From positions 1 through 64,000 of IMG/VR virus record IMGVR_UViG_3300038856_000064: DNA of 64,000 bases; one strand, 5' to 3'. The stretch comes from a virus. Below, piece after piece: positions 23,622 to 33,929 of the stretch. Position numbers and translations under genes: made by a program. Within the stretch, counting starts at the first letter, position 1. Each line of letters begins with the position of its first letter. The notes under the pieces were generated by a model that was not told the DNA's origin, made no database searches, and saw nothing but the letters and a program-made list of their open reading frames with translations.

Positions 23622-24107
23622 ATGAAAAGTGATGCAATCTTCAGCGAGTGCAGGGCATATCGCTACAGTCTAATTAGGCGATGGGCTGACGGTCCTATTC
23701 AAACATGGATCATGCTCAACCCTAGCACTGCTGATGAAGTTGTTAACGATCCCACAGTTGAAAGGTGCCAAAGGCGCGCTACGAGCCATGGATTTGGCGC
23801 GCTAGAGGTAGTGAATATCTTCGCTCTACGCTCGACAGATCCTAAGGTCCTTTATGGACATGACGATCCAGTGGGACCACTAAACGATAATTACATTCTG
23901 GATGCCGCGAAGCGCTCTAATCAAATCGTATGTGGCTGGGGCGCGCACGGCGCGTTACATAACAGGGGATTCGAAGTGGCCAAGATTTTAAAGGAATTCG
24001 ACATAAATGCCCTAGCCACTACGAAGGGTGGACAACCGCGGCATCCTCTCTATATAAGCTACGACATTACACCAAAGGCATGGATAAATGATAATCTCTT
24101 TTTATAA
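23622..24107 (+). CDS. DUF1643 family protein
   Basis: YRYSL.R.W, MLNPSTAD, NIFALRST, GWG, PRHPLY. Confidence 0.9.
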   Translation: MKSDAIFSECRAYRYSLIRRWADGPIQTWIMLNPSTADEVVNDPTVERCQRRATSHGFGALEVVNIFALRSTDPKVLYGHDDPVGPLNDNYILDAAKRSNQIVCGWGAHGALHNRGFEVAKILKEFDINALATTKGGQPRHPLYISYDITPKAWINDNLFL

Positions 24108-24366
24108 AATAACTGACGTAAAACCCCTTAATGAGAAGCCTGAAGATATAAGTTTAGATGATGAATACATTGTCACGATGAAGCTGTTCGGTTTTGAACG
24201 CATGTTTCGCGGCAAACATGGGGAAAGTTGGAGAAGTTACCCTGATGGACATCAGCTAGGACGTTGCTCATGGGCATTTATGACGATAGACGAAAAGCTC
24301 TGGAAGCATTACAAAGAATGCGAGCGTAAGAGAATTGCCAAGAGGTGGATAGATGAAGCATACTAA
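24088..24366 (+). CDS. hypothetical protein
   Basis: ORF. Confidence 0.65.
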   Translation: MIISFYKITDVKPLNEKPEDISLDDEYIVTMKLFGFERMFRGKHGESWRSYPDGHQLGRCSWAFMTIDEKLWKHYKECERKRIAKRWIDEAY

Positions 24367-24477
24367 AAAACAAATTGCGGGCGCAGTCGTCGGCGGACTA
24401 CTTGTAGCTATGATGCTTTACTGCTGCTCTTATATGATCGTCGATGCGCTTCGTCAAATTGCAGAACTGACAAAGTA

Positions 24478-24678
24478 ATGCCCACATATATATACGAGTG
24501 CTCTAGTTGCTCTCATTCTTTTGAGCATTTTCAAAGTATGACATCTAGAATAAAAAGGAAATGCCCAGAATGCGGCAAGAAAAAACTAGTGCGGCTGATC
24601 GGTAAAGGCTCCGCGGTTATTTTTCGTGGAGAAGGATTTTATTGTAATGACTATTCTAAGGACAAAAAAGAAAATTGA
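24478..24678 (+). CDS. FmdB-family zinc ribbon protein
   Basis: MPTYIYECSSC..CPECG..FRGEGFY.NDY. Confidence 0.9.
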   Translation: MPTYIYECSSCSHSFEHFQSMTSRIKRKCPECGKKKLVRLIGKGSAVIFRGEGFYCNDYSKDKKEN

Positions 24679-25580
24679 TGGAAAGTTTAACACAACTATA
24701 TAATGCCTTTATGGCAATGTCTTTTGAGCAGATGTCGCTTGTAGGCATCGGAAGCGTGGTATTTTTACTAGCGACACCCAAGATTTGGAAACTTCTCTTC
24801 CCACTACGTTGGGTCGGCGCGAAGACCTTGGCAAAAACTGCCTCTACGTTGCATTCGACACCTAAAGATAATAAGGTGTTCGATTTATCTAGCGAGAAGG
24901 CGGTGAAGAAGACTTATGATTTTTATTCTGAAAACCGACATCTTGCATATAATCTTACTAACGATGAGCTTGAGGATCTAGATGCCTTTGTAAATGCTTA
25001 TGATATAAGTGGCACTGGTGTAATTACTGCCGTAAGGGATAGTCGCTCTTTACGTAAACCCCCGCCTTTTGATCTATCCACTAAGGAAAAGGCCCAGGCG
25101 ACATATGATTACTACTGTGGAACTGATGTAGTCCAAGCCCTAAGTCTGAAGCAGATGGGGCTTGTCAGTGAGGCAATTAACTTATATGGGCTCACTAAAA
25201 ATAATGGCATCACTGATGAAAAGAAACGCCGCGAGATGCAGAAAAAGATTTCTGAGTTGCAGAGTAAGGTGACTCAGATGCAGGAGGAAAGTTCTGGTAT
25301 ATCTACCAAGAATCCTCTAGACAAGATGACGATCAACATGCATAACGATACAAGATCCTCAGGGGTTAAGGATACTTCCATTTGTGATGATATTCATAAC
25401 TACATGACTTATGAAGAGGTAAAACATATTTGGGATAAACTTTTTAATAGAAAAGATGAACTCCATACCCTTCTTACTGATAAGGCCCTAGAATGCCTCT
25501 TGTCTAATTGTCGTGGATATGGTATTTCGGCGGTTTTCCTAGAAAAAGAACTTAGTATTCGTGATAAAATTAAGGGATGA
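24678..25580 (+). CDS. membrane-anchored repeat protein, paralog of 22633..23205
   Basis: TM, PLRW, two FDLS..K..TYD repeats. Confidence 0.75.
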   Translation: MESLTQLYNAFMAMSFEQMSLVGIGSVVFLLATPKIWKLLFPLRWVGAKTLAKTASTLHSTPKDNKVFDLSSEKAVKKTYDFYSENRHLAYNLTNDELEDLDAFVNAYDISGTGVITAVRDSRSLRKPPPFDLSTKEKAQATYDYYCGTDVVQALSLKQMGLVSEAINLYGLTKNNGITDEKKRREMQKKISELQSKVTQMQEESSGISTKNPLDKMTINMHNDTRSSGVKDTSICDDIHNYMTYEEVKHIWDKLFNRKDELHTLLTDKALECLLSNCRGYGISAVFLEKELSIRDKIKG

Positions 25581-25588
25581 GATAATAA

Positions 25589-26044
25589 ATGCCTCACGTA
25601 TATGATTATCCCAGACCCTGTGTCTCTTGCGACACTGTTGTCTTTGATTCTTTTGACGAGGAAGGCATTCCATATGTCCTACTAGTGTTACGGAAAAATT
25701 CACCATTTAAAGGCATGTGGGCACTGCCAGGAGGCTTCCTGGAAGAAGACGAGGGGTTAGAGGAGTGCGCCGCGCGTGAGCTTTATGAGGAGACCGGGGT
25801 CGACGTAAAGCCCGACGAGCTTCAGCAGGTCATGACCGTAGGAAATAAAAATCGAGATCCTCGCACCAGAATTATCTCAGTGGTGTATACTGTAGTAGTT
25901 GATAAGAGCTATCACCCAACCTTCGCCAGCGATGACGCAGAGGTAGTTACTTGGTTCAGAATGGACGCATTGCCAAGTTTGGCTGCGGACCACCTAGACA
26001 TTATAAGAAAAACTTTAGGAGTAATTCAAAATGACAGAAGCTAA
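25589..26044 (+). CDS. Nudix hydrolase
   Basis: WALPGGF..EECAARELYEETG, RDPR, DH. Confidence 0.92.
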   Translation: MPHVYDYPRPCVSCDTVVFDSFDEEGIPYVLLVLRKNSPFKGMWALPGGFLEEDEGLEECAARELYEETGVDVKPDELQQVMTVGNKNRDPRTRIISVVYTVVVDKSYHPTFASDDAEVVTWFRMDALPSLAADHLDIIRKTLGVIQNDRS

Positions 26045-26462
26045 TTATGACACGTTTATTGATCGCCGAACAGCAGAACAGCAAGCTGGCGAACTGGCTA
26101 CGCAGGTATTGTTCTGGTATGATGAAGAGGGTAAGGGGCGTAAGCGTCGCCGACGCACAAATGGAATTGCCGTCACTACTGATGGATTTCTTATCGTTTC
26201 CAGAGCCACTTGTTCTCGCAAGGATCAATTTGTTAAGGCTCAAGGGCGTTTAGTTGTAGAAAAACGTATCCTTGGTAGGGCACAAAATCATTGTTGGGTT
26301 CTACGTATGGATGCCTTCACACCAGAAGCTGCCGCAGAGGCATACGCAGACTTTTTCCCAGAAGACGAGATGGGGGCAAAGCGCGCCTATAACGTTGGCA
26401 AAATCTTTGTATCTTATCGTGCAGAAATTGAACGTCGGGCCAATGAACTAGATGAGTTTTAA
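26031..26462 (+). CDS. hypothetical phage protein (CSxKDQF.K..GR)
   Basis: AGGAG SD. Confidence 0.75.
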   Translation: MTEANYDTFIDRRTAEQQAGELATQVLFWYDEEGKGRKRRRRTNGIAVTTDGFLIVSRATCSRKDQFVKAQGRLVVEKRILGRAQNHCWVLRMDAFTPEAAAEAYADFFPEDEMGAKRAYNVGKIFVSYRAEIERRANELDEF

Positions 26463-26760
26463 TATGCAGAAACAACTAGAGCCGGAACTTGATGATGGAC
26501 TTGCGTATGAAGAGGTTGAGGTAACTACTCAACCTAGTAAGGTTCGTGCAAGCGTCATACTATATATAGTAAGTACCCTTCATCTGTTTGGCGGCGTATT
26601 TATTCCCCTACTAGAAATCATAAGTAGGGTTACGCCAAGACCCGATACATTCATCGAGATGGTAGAATGGAATCCATTTAGTCAACTAGGTGCTATTGTA
26701 TTCACATATGGTTTGTTCTTGTTTTTATTAGGGATTATGGTGGATAGGCGCGATGCGTAA
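26452..26760 (+). CDS. two-TM membrane protein
   Basis: two hydrophobic segments. Confidence 0.7.
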   Translation: MSFNMQKQLEPELDDGLAYEEVEVTTQPSKVRASVILYIVSTLHLFGGVFIPLLEIISRVTPRPDTFIEMVEWNPFSQLGAIVFTYGLFLFLLGIMVDRRDA

Positions 26761-26831
26761 GACGCTCTCGCTAGCTCGTGAGGTTTTAAATAGATAAATA
26801 TTTTTAGTTTTCCATACGAAATCAGTTAAGT

Positions 26832-26843
26832 GACACATAATAA
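26832..26843 (+). promoter_or_regulatory. GACACATAATAA motif (also minus strand 46069-46080 and 58158-58169)
   Basis: three exact copies, each just upstream of a strong SD and ATG. Confidence 0.65.
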
Positions 26844-26856
26844 AAGAGGAAAGAAA

Positions 26857-27156
26857 ATGGCTAGAAGCAATAAGGTAGTAAATCTAAATAAGATCCGCGC
26901 TGGTAATACAACTACCCGTCCGGAATCTTCGGTGTTTGTGTTTGATTATTTTGCACCCAAGTCTGCCGAGGGTGAAACTCATCAGCGTCCGCTGGTTCGG
27001 GTTATCAACGGTAGTCTTCGTCGAACAGATGATGGCGACTGGCTGTTTCGTGCCGTCAACCTGTATCGAGTCAACGAGGAGGGGAAGGGAACTAACGACG
27101 CAATTCGTACGTATCGACTAAGTCGCATCAATGGTATCGTTCGTTCACCAGCATAA
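26857..27156 (+). CDS. WYL-like small protein
   Basis: FDY..R..L.A..IRTYRLSRI pattern. Confidence 0.55.
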   Translation: MARSNKVVNLNKIRAGNTTTRPESSVFVFDYFAPKSAEGETHQRPLVRVINGSLRRTDDGDWLFRAVNLYRVNEEGKGTNDAIRTYRLSRINGIVRSPA

Positions 27157-27824
27157 TGGCCTCTACACGCCTCAGACATCTAGATGCTACCGTAACACCA
27201 TGGGCACAATTTCATGCCTATGTACTTGGTAACGTTATTGGTATTCGCTGGGGAAAGGTTACCCAACATACCGGGATGGGAAACGATGCGCTATTTAGTA
27301 TCGCCAAAGAATACTTGGAGTATGCTGCCGGTGATGACGAGTGGAGAAAACTCACCATTCTAAATGCAATGCGTGACAAGAGTGCGGCATCCATTAGGGA
27401 TGATGCGCGTTACATATTCCCAAGTCTTTTTCCACGACACAGAAAAGCTAGGGCGCTAGCAGTGCCCGACGAAATTAGTAATGAAGAAGTAAGTTTTGAT
27501 CCTACCAAAATTGAAACCTGGAAAGAGCAGGTTAGAGAAATTAAAAAGGAGATTGCTATGAGTGAAGATGTATTAGAGCAAGACGTGACTGAAGATGGTT
27601 CGGAAGCCACCAAGACTGGCACTACGAATAGTCGCGTCACTGTCAACTTTTATGTTCCGAATGGAGTTGACCTAGCAGACCTAACGCTAGATAATTATCG
27701 TGAATTAACCAATAAGCGATACCGTATGACTAAGGAGCAAAAGGCTCGTAATCTGTCGCGTGAGGCAGCATTTGAGGAGTCGAAGGCTCTTGCAACCAAC
27801 CAACTAGGAGATAGTAATGAATGA
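27156..27824 (+). CDS. hypothetical protein
   Basis: TAATG-coupled; internal AGGAG-ATG at about 27558. Confidence 0.75.
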   Translation: MASTRLRHLDATVTPWAQFHAYVLGNVIGIRWGKVTQHTGMGNDALFSIAKEYLEYAAGDDEWRKLTILNAMRDKSAASIRDDARYIFPSLFPRHRKARALAVPDEISNEEVSFDPTKIETWKEQVREIKKEIAMSEDVLEQDVTEDGSEATKTGTTNSRVTVNFYVPNGVDLADLTLDNYRELTNKRYRMTKEQKARNLSREAAFEESKALATNQLGDSNE

Positions 27825-28146
27825 TCTACAAGATGATCGCCGAGAAGGCCAACGTCGCGAAACAGATCTCGCGGCAGACAGTTTAATTGCAGAGCTACAG
27901 GATCAGGTGGATGCCCTGAATTCTACTCTAGATGATCAGAATGAGGAGATCGCTCTCCTGAGAGAGGAGAAGGGTAATCTGACCGAGCAACTCGTGCAAC
28001 TAGAAGGGGCACTACAGTCTACTGCCGCTGGTGGTGATGACGCCCTGAGAGCCCTGGCTACCACTGTGCGGACCGCTCAGCGTAACGGGCACCCCGACGC
28101 GGGCAAGCATCTCGACGCCCTCCTGCGCGCCTTGGGCGCGGCCTAG
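27817..28146 (+). CDS. coiled-coil protein
   Basis: heptad pattern; AGGAG SD. Confidence 0.75.
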   Translation: MNDLQDDRREGQRRETDLAADSLIAELQDQVDALNSTLDDQNEEIALLREEKGNLTEQLVQLEGALQSTAAGGDDALRALATTVRTAQRNGHPDAGKHLDALLRALGAA

Positions 28147-28178
28147 GTGTGCCGTGGCAGAACATAGGAGGTGGCTAG

Positions 28179-28670
28179 ATGGACAAAGATGGATTTGATC
28201 TAGCCCAACTTCTTTATGATATACTCGGTTCCGATAAGCGTATCGGTAAGTGGCAAGACGTAGAACAAGTTGTAGTTCAGGCTTGTAAAAAACAAGACCC
28301 CAAGGCCATACGCAATACTGAAACCGATCCAGATGTTTCATTAAGTAATGGCTTAGGGATCGAAGCGAAAAGCACAACTAGCCTCTCAAGAGGAATTAAT
28401 CTTAACTCGGCGGCTCCAGACCCCAATACATTCTATGTAGTAGTTTATCATTATCTAGGAAAGATTAGTAACGTGGCTATTGTGAGCGGACAAAACTTTT
28501 ACTGTCCCGAAATTATTGAAATTAAAAAGACTAACACCCGCCTTCGGACTTTATCTAATAAGTTTTTACGATATCGTACAAGAATTATGTGGCAGATGAG
28601 ATCACCCTTTGAAATCTGGGACAAGGGGAATTTTATAGTTGATAAACTCGGGAACGTAAAGAGATATTGA
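28179..28670 (+). CDS. PD-(D/E)xK nuclease, restriction-endonuclease-like
   Basis: PDV..IEAKST. Confidence 0.6.
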   Translation: MDKDGFDLAQLLYDILGSDKRIGKWQDVEQVVVQACKKQDPKAIRNTETDPDVSLSNGLGIEAKSTTSLSRGINLNSAAPDPNTFYVVVYHYLGKISNVAIVSGQNFYCPEIIEIKKTNTRLRTLSNKFLRYRTRIMWQMRSPFEIWDKGNFIVDKLGNVKRY

Positions 28671-28703
28671 CGAATGCCTTACCTTAGTGTATAATGGATT
28701 AAT

Positions 28704-28886
28704 ATGGAAGCACTACCTATATTAGCGCTGTTTGCTGCCGGCATCATTTTCGGCATCTTTCTAAAGATTCTTCGTCCGCAGAGGGTGCGCATAAAGCGTA
28801 AGTTCCGCCAGAAGAACGAGCTTGACACCATAGATGAGATGTTCCTCTATGGAGAAGTTAACAAGGATGATTTTTACGGGATGTAA
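28704..28886 (+). CDS. small membrane protein
   Basis: N-terminal TM; promoter TTGACG-N17-TATAAT at 28667-28695. Confidence 0.65.
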   Translation: MEALPILALFAAGIIFGIFLKILRPQRVRIKRKFRQKNELDTIDEMFLYGEVNKDDFYGM

Positions 28887-28888
28887 AT

Positions 28889-29272
28889 ATGATAAGAATT
28901 GACTGGAGTGAAGTTGAGGCTGTTAAAAATAAGCTCTTGCGAAGTGGCGCGGCAGAGACATTAGAGATGGCTGTCATCGTATTCTATCACCACAAATCTG
29001 AATGTGATAAGATGCAAATAAAACTTCACCAGCTAGAAGAAATTCTTTTCAAGCTCAGCTCGGATAGACAGACCAAGGGGATCTTCTTGTTTGATATAAC
29101 AATGAGAAAGCCATTCCTTAGGTATGAAGAATCAGAAAGAACAGGCGTAGGAGAGGAAGTGCCAAACTCAGGACACCGTAGTGTGGTTGCTGACTTTAGC
29201 AAGATGTCTCCAGAGGCTAAAAGTGTTTGGTTAGAAATTGCCTTTGCTCAACAACACCACTACGTCAGCTAA
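28889..29272 (+). CDS. hypothetical protein
   Basis: ORF. Confidence 0.7.
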   Translation: MIRIDWSEVEAVKNKLLRSGAAETLEMAVIVFYHHKSECDKMQIKLHQLEEILFKLSSDRQTKGIFLFDITMRKPFLRYEESERTGVGEEVPNSGHRSVVADFSKMSPEAKSVWLEIAFAQQHHYVS

Positions 29273-29288
29273 AAAAGGTCTGACTTAG

Positions 29289-29915
29289 ATGGAAGATAAA
29301 ACACTAGAAAAACCAACATTAGATGTATTGCTTGACCACAACCTACATGATCTCGTTCAGAGCATGGCATCTAAATTCAATAAATCATATGGAAAAAGAG
29401 GTATATATAGCACGATGATCACTCATGAAGATCTAGCTACCGAAGGTTATGTGGGGGTAACCGTAGCTTATCCTTCATTCAATCCCGACCTCGGAGCTAG
29501 TGACAACGTAGCACAATCATTTAGAACATACGCCTATCCGTATATCAAGAGCGCTATGCAAACTTATTGCAAAAAATTTAGTCATGCATTAAGTATTTCC
29601 GAAAAAGCTGCACGTCTACACTTTCAGGACATTACTGAGATAGGTACGATTTATATAGATCAACTAGAAGAAAATGAGGAATTCGATATACCCGTTGCGT
29701 CCGGTATAAAATTTGATAGCGATATTGAAGATTATCTTTTTATAGGATTCACAAATTTCGAACGTGAACTTATGCGTGACCATATCATCTGTGACTATTC
29801 ATTACAAGAGGTTGCGCGGCGTCATGGCTTATCAAAGTCGAGGGTAGGAGAAATTGTTCGAGACTTGACACAGCGAATGAAAGGAAGGGCCGAAAAATAT
29901 GTCCAGGATTATTAG
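29289..29915 (+). CDS. sigma70-family RNA polymerase sigma factor
   Basis: region 2 EDLATEGYVG..SFRTYAYPYI; region 4 HTH SLQEVARRHGLSKSRV. Confidence 0.85.
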   Translation: MEDKTLEKPTLDVLLDHNLHDLVQSMASKFNKSYGKRGIYSTMITHEDLATEGYVGVTVAYPSFNPDLGASDNVAQSFRTYAYPYIKSAMQTYCKKFSHALSISEKAARLHFQDITEIGTIYIDQLEENEEFDIPVASGIKFDSDIEDYLFIGFTNFERELMRDHIICDYSLQEVARRHGLSKSRVGEIVRDLTQRMKGRAEKYVQDY

Positions 29916-30129
29916 TATCAGGTGTCCCAATATTGTCCATTGTGGACACATAAATGTATTCCCGGAATCAGATCTAATTGGTGAGGTTCCACTAATAGAT
30001 AAAGAGGGCGCGCGCATTCCACCGCCGCCTGTAGAAATTGATGAGAATACCTTTGTCAAATGTGAAAAATGTGGGTACCCCGTAAGTTGTGAACATGCAG
30101 TCATTTCCGATTCAAACATTAACAATTAA
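29899..30129 (+). CDS. zinc-ribbon protein
   Basis: CPN..CG, CEKCG. Confidence 0.7.
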   Translation: MSRIISIRCPNIVHCGHINVFPESDLIGEVPLIDKEGARIPPPPVEIDENTFVKCEKCGYPVSCEHAVISDSNINN

Positions 30130-30308
30130 AAAGTGTAGACGTTGTGGAACCCAATGGTGTTCTGAGCGTGTAAGTATAACTGAAATCACTCAGATTAACT
30201 TTACAAATGTTAAGGTTGCTTATTGTCTAGCATGTGCAGATAGTCTCGCTCAAGAGTCTGACGCAGATAGATCGGGATATATCCGGACAGGAAAACGGAT
30301 TCGCTGAT

Positions 30309-30845
30309 ATGCCAACTAGTAAAAAGTTTCTAGTAGACAACTTTGGATATAGGATTAGTCAATATCATCCAGGGGCTACTATCCAAATTGGTAAAGGCAA
30401 TACTAATGGGGGGGTGTTAATCATTCAGCCAACCAATATAATGCCAGAGCGCGATGCGATTACGGGTGCCCTCAAGAAATTCAACATGTTAGAGGATGCT
30501 TATAGGGCGACGGCTGAGATCGTTGAGGGGGTGTCCAGTAAAAATAATCGGGCATATCTAGTAGAACTAATTGATATAGTTCGTCCACGCATAGTTGTAA
30601 CGTGCGGACCCGTAGCAATGTCGATCCTGAGAAATCGCCCAGTAAAATCTTTCCGAAGTGGAAGAAAGTTTTCGATAAATAACATGCCTGACTATACATT
30701 CTTTGCCGTGACAAACCCAACCGACTATGGTTTTGCCAGAGCATCTAGAACATTAAAGGAGCGTGGAAAGGCCGAGTGGGCGCAGCTTTCAAAACTTTAT
30801 GATGAGCTAAAACAAAAAGCAGAAAAGGCTCGCTGGGCGCTCTGA
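30309..30845 (+). CDS. uracil-DNA glycosylase-like fold protein (degenerate)
   Basis: G.GN, YL..LIDIVRPRIVVTCG.VA, TNP. Confidence 0.55.
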   Translation: MPTSKKFLVDNFGYRISQYHPGATIQIGKGNTNGGVLIIQPTNIMPERDAITGALKKFNMLEDAYRATAEIVEGVSSKNNRAYLVELIDIVRPRIVVTCGPVAMSILRNRPVKSFRSGRKFSINNMPDYTFFAVTNPTDYGFARASRTLKERGKAEWAQLSKLYDELKQKAEKARWAL

Positions 30846-30888
30846 TTGTGGTATACTACCTAGTCAAGGTTAAAATAAGACAAGTAAT

Positions 30889-31863
30889 ATGCTAGAAAAT
30901 GTTGTAGGACAGGATAGGGCTAAGAAAGCCCTCACTCTCTTGACCCATGGGTATAAGCGTAGGGGTTATATCCCACCCATCGGTATTTTTGGCGGCAGCG
31001 GGTTGGGGAAGACTCACCTAACACAATCTTGGGCTGACGAGATTGGCGCCAAAATGATTTATATGAATGGCACAGCCATCAAGGATTCGCTAGCCTTCAG
31101 GGGATTCTTTCAAGAGGCTAGGGAGAATCAATCAAATTATTATCTAATCTTTATGGATGAGTGTCATGGCCTACCACGAAAGATCCAAGAGAATCTACTC
31201 TCTGTGCTGGAGCATCCAGCAATTCTCTGTACGGTAGCCCCTAAGGATATGGGATTAGTCCTTACCGTAGATGGGCGGCGCTATATTAATAAGGGCGACG
31301 TTATGCGTGAGGAACTTCCAAACAATATGTCATTCGTCCTAGCGACAACGGACCCAGCGAAACTGAAGGACCCGATCCTGAATCGCCTACGCAAGATTGA
31401 CCTATCCCCTTATACTCTAGATGACAAAATCAAAATTGCCATGATGCATCTAGAAAGTGAGGGCGTAAAAACTAACGAAACCGTTTATCGTGCACTTGCG
31501 GAGCGGTCACGAAACATTAGGCACTTAAAAATCCAATTGTGTGACACATATTCAGATATTCATACCCTCTATGGATCTGGCCCAGGAGATAATATGAATG
31601 TTCTAGATGATATGCTAGGGATTGATCCTGACGGAGCAACCGAGCAAGATAAAGACTATCTCGAATATCTGTCTGAGCATCCAACTGTTGGTTTAGACAC
31701 AATGGCTGGCAAACTGCGTATCGACAAACAAGAGATTATGAAACACGTAGAGCCGTTCCTTCTTGACAAGGGGTGGGTTGCAATTACGGGGCGCGGTCGT
31801 AAACTAACAGATGCTGGCTTCAAGAAAGTCATAGGAGATGATTATGTTGGAACCAGCGACTGA
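30889..31863 (+). CDS. ruvB: RuvB-like Holliday junction branch migration ATPase
   Basis: VGQ, GGSGLGKT, FMDECH, ATT, EPFL..G..TGRGR. Confidence 0.85.
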   Translation: MLENVVGQDRAKKALTLLTHGYKRRGYIPPIGIFGGSGLGKTHLTQSWADEIGAKMIYMNGTAIKDSLAFRGFFQEARENQSNYYLIFMDECHGLPRKIQENLLSVLEHPAILCTVAPKDMGLVLTVDGRRYINKGDVMREELPNNMSFVLATTDPAKLKDPILNRLRKIDLSPYTLDDKIKIAMMHLESEGVKTNETVYRALAERSRNIRHLKIQLCDTYSDIHTLYGSGPGDNMNVLDDMLGIDPDGATEQDKDYLEYLSEHPTVGLDTMAGKLRIDKQEIMKHVEPFLLDKGWVAITGRGRKLTDAGFKKVIGDDYVGTSD

Positions 31864-32593
31864 GCAGGCTCGCGCTGGAGAAATAGCCAGCGAAGCTATC
31901 AATCTTGCCAAAGAACTAACTCGATCTGCATACGACGGTCTCGCTCTAGACAAAGAGGTCGAAACTTTTATACGTGACTCTGGTGGAAGACCAGCCCTAA
32001 AAGGATATCATCCAGGTTTTGCAGACAAGCCCTACGAGTGGACAATATGTCTAGCTGTAGATAACGACGTGGTACATGGAGTGCCTGACAAGCAAGTCGA
32101 TCCAACACAACTCATAACAGTTGATTTGGTCGTAGAGTATGGCGGCTGGTTTGCCGATACGGCGCGCACCTTTACTCACAGTGGTGACAGCACTAGACAA
32201 GAGTTTGTCAAAAACTCTCTTAGGATTTTTAACACAGCTATGGATATGATAGGACCCAATCTAGACATAGGATTGTATGGGGGGATGGTTGAGGTCGCAT
32301 CGAAGATGTGTAGGTACGGAGTGATAAAAGAATATTGTGGACATGGAATCAATCAGGCTATTCACACAGAACCACAAATCTTAAACTACGGACGTTCTGA
32401 CGGTAGTGTATTTCAAGCTGGCAATTCTTATGCAGTTGAGCCGGTACTGTCTATAGATAAAGAATATGTCTTAAACGACATACTCGATGATGGCTATTCT
32501 ATCACAGCTAACTGCCTCGTTTCCCATAATGAGGATACTATTTTTGTTTCTCCGAGAGGAATAGTTAATTTAACCGGTAAAAAATATGAGTGA
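31838..32593 (+). CDS. map: methionine aminopeptidase
   Basis: VVHGVP, D..D.ARTF, GHGI..H.EP, AVEP, HNEDT. Confidence 0.9.
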   Translation: MIMLEPATEQARAGEIASEAINLAKELTRSAYDGLALDKEVETFIRDSGGRPALKGYHPGFADKPYEWTICLAVDNDVVHGVPDKQVDPTQLITVDLVVEYGGWFADTARTFTHSGDSTRQEFVKNSLRIFNTAMDMIGPNLDIGLYGGMVEVASKMCRYGVIKEYCGHGINQAIHTEPQILNYGRSDGSVFQAGNSYAVEPVLSIDKEYVLNDILDDGYSITANCLVSHNEDTIFVSPRGIVNLTGKKYE

Positions 32594-33143
32594 TGACAAA
32601 AAAGAGGTCGTGGAAGAACCAAAGTTTCGTCTACGTACGATAGTTGCTGATCAAGACGTAATAGATCTGCGTAAGCCAAGTGAAGAGGTGACGCTATCTA
32701 TAGGAGACAACAGTGGAAATGCATATCCAGATGGCGAGACTAATGAACTCATTCAAGCCCTAAAGGATTATGTGACCGAGCATGAGGGGCTGGGGATGGC
32801 AGCAGTACAACTAGGTGTGCACAAGCGGCTATTCGTTATGCGGCGCCCATTCAATAGTGATAAACTTCTAGTTGTTATCAATCCAAAAATTTTACGTACT
32901 AATGGCAAGTCAACCAAATCCGAGGGTTGTTTTTCAATTCCAGATCTTCCAGGTAGACCTATGATTACTCGCGCGAGTATGATTTGGGTTAACTTTACAG
33001 ACGAGTCTGGAGTTGAATATAAAGACGAGATGTTAGTTGGTATGGATGCGCGAATCTTTCAACATGAGTATGAGCATCTCGAAGGCAACTTACTAATCGA
33101 TAAGACTCGATATGGAAATTTTAAAGGTTGGGCTGCATTTTAA
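32586..33143 (+). CDS. def: peptide deformylase
   Basis: GLGMAAVQ, EGCFS, QHEYEHLEG. Confidence 0.93.
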   Translation: MSDDKKEVVEEPKFRLRTIVADQDVIDLRKPSEEVTLSIGDNSGNAYPDGETNELIQALKDYVTEHEGLGMAAVQLGVHKRLFVMRRPFNSDKLLVVINPKILRTNGKSTKSEGCFSIPDLPGRPMITRASMIWVNFTDESGVEYKDEMLVGMDARIFQHEYEHLEGNLLIDKTRYGNFKGWAAF

Positions 33144-33190
33144 ATATTGCGCATTAGCGCCCTTATCTTACTATTATATGGAGTAATTAT

Positions 33191-33910
33191 TTGAATAAGA
33201 AACCAAAGAGGTCTTCCACAGAAGATGTAGGACTAAGATCACAGGTTCAGGCACGGTCACGTAACCAAAGTTCTTATCTAGAGAGCATGCAAAATAATAC
33301 GTTTACGTTTGGCGTAGGACATGCGGGTACGGGTAAAACTTTCTTGGCAGCATGGCAAGCCATGCTTGATCTGCTAGATGAAAATAATAAAATCAGAAGA
33401 ATTGTAGTAGTTAGACCTGTTATAGGTAATAAATTTGGAGAGTCTATTGGTGCATTACCTGGAAGCATCATGGAAAAAATGATACCTTATGGGTCCAGCG
33501 TAATAGATAACTTGCTGGCATTTGTCAATAGAGAAGCTATCAGTAGAATGATCGAAGATGGTACTATCGAATTTATTCCACTAACTTTACTCAGGGGACG
33601 TAGCTTAAATAACGCCTTCATCATCGTCGAGGAAGCACAAAATATAAAGAAGGAAAGCAAGGGTGTTTATATGGTGATGAGTCGTCTAGGTGCCAATTCC
33701 AAAATGGTCTTTAATGGTGACTTAGCTCAGTCAGATTTAATAGATAAAACTCAATCAGCACTATTAGAGGCTGTGGAGCTTTTGAAACAGGAGCCCCAGA
33801 TTAAGGATGTCGGAATTGTTGAGTTATACGATCGTGAAGATATTCAGAGACATCCGCGACTTTATGAAATAATGGAACGGTTCGGAGAGGTTGATGATAA
33901 CCCCTTTTAG
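33191..33910 (+). CDS. phoH: PhoH-family ATPase
   Basis: GHAGTGKT, RP, LPG, RGRS, EEAQN, GD..QSD, RH. Confidence 0.93.
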   Translation: MNKKPKRSSTEDVGLRSQVQARSRNQSSYLESMQNNTFTFGVGHAGTGKTFLAAWQAMLDLLDENNKIRRIVVVRPVIGNKFGESIGALPGSIMEKMIPYGSSVIDNLLAFVNREAISRMIEDGTIEFIPLTLLRGRSLNNAFIIVEEAQNIKKESKGVYMVMSRLGANSKMVFNGDLAQSDLIDKTQSALLEAVELLKQEPQIKDVGIVELYDREDIQRHPRLYEIMERFGEVDDNPF

Positions 33911-33929
33911 TGTATCATAATACGGAGGA

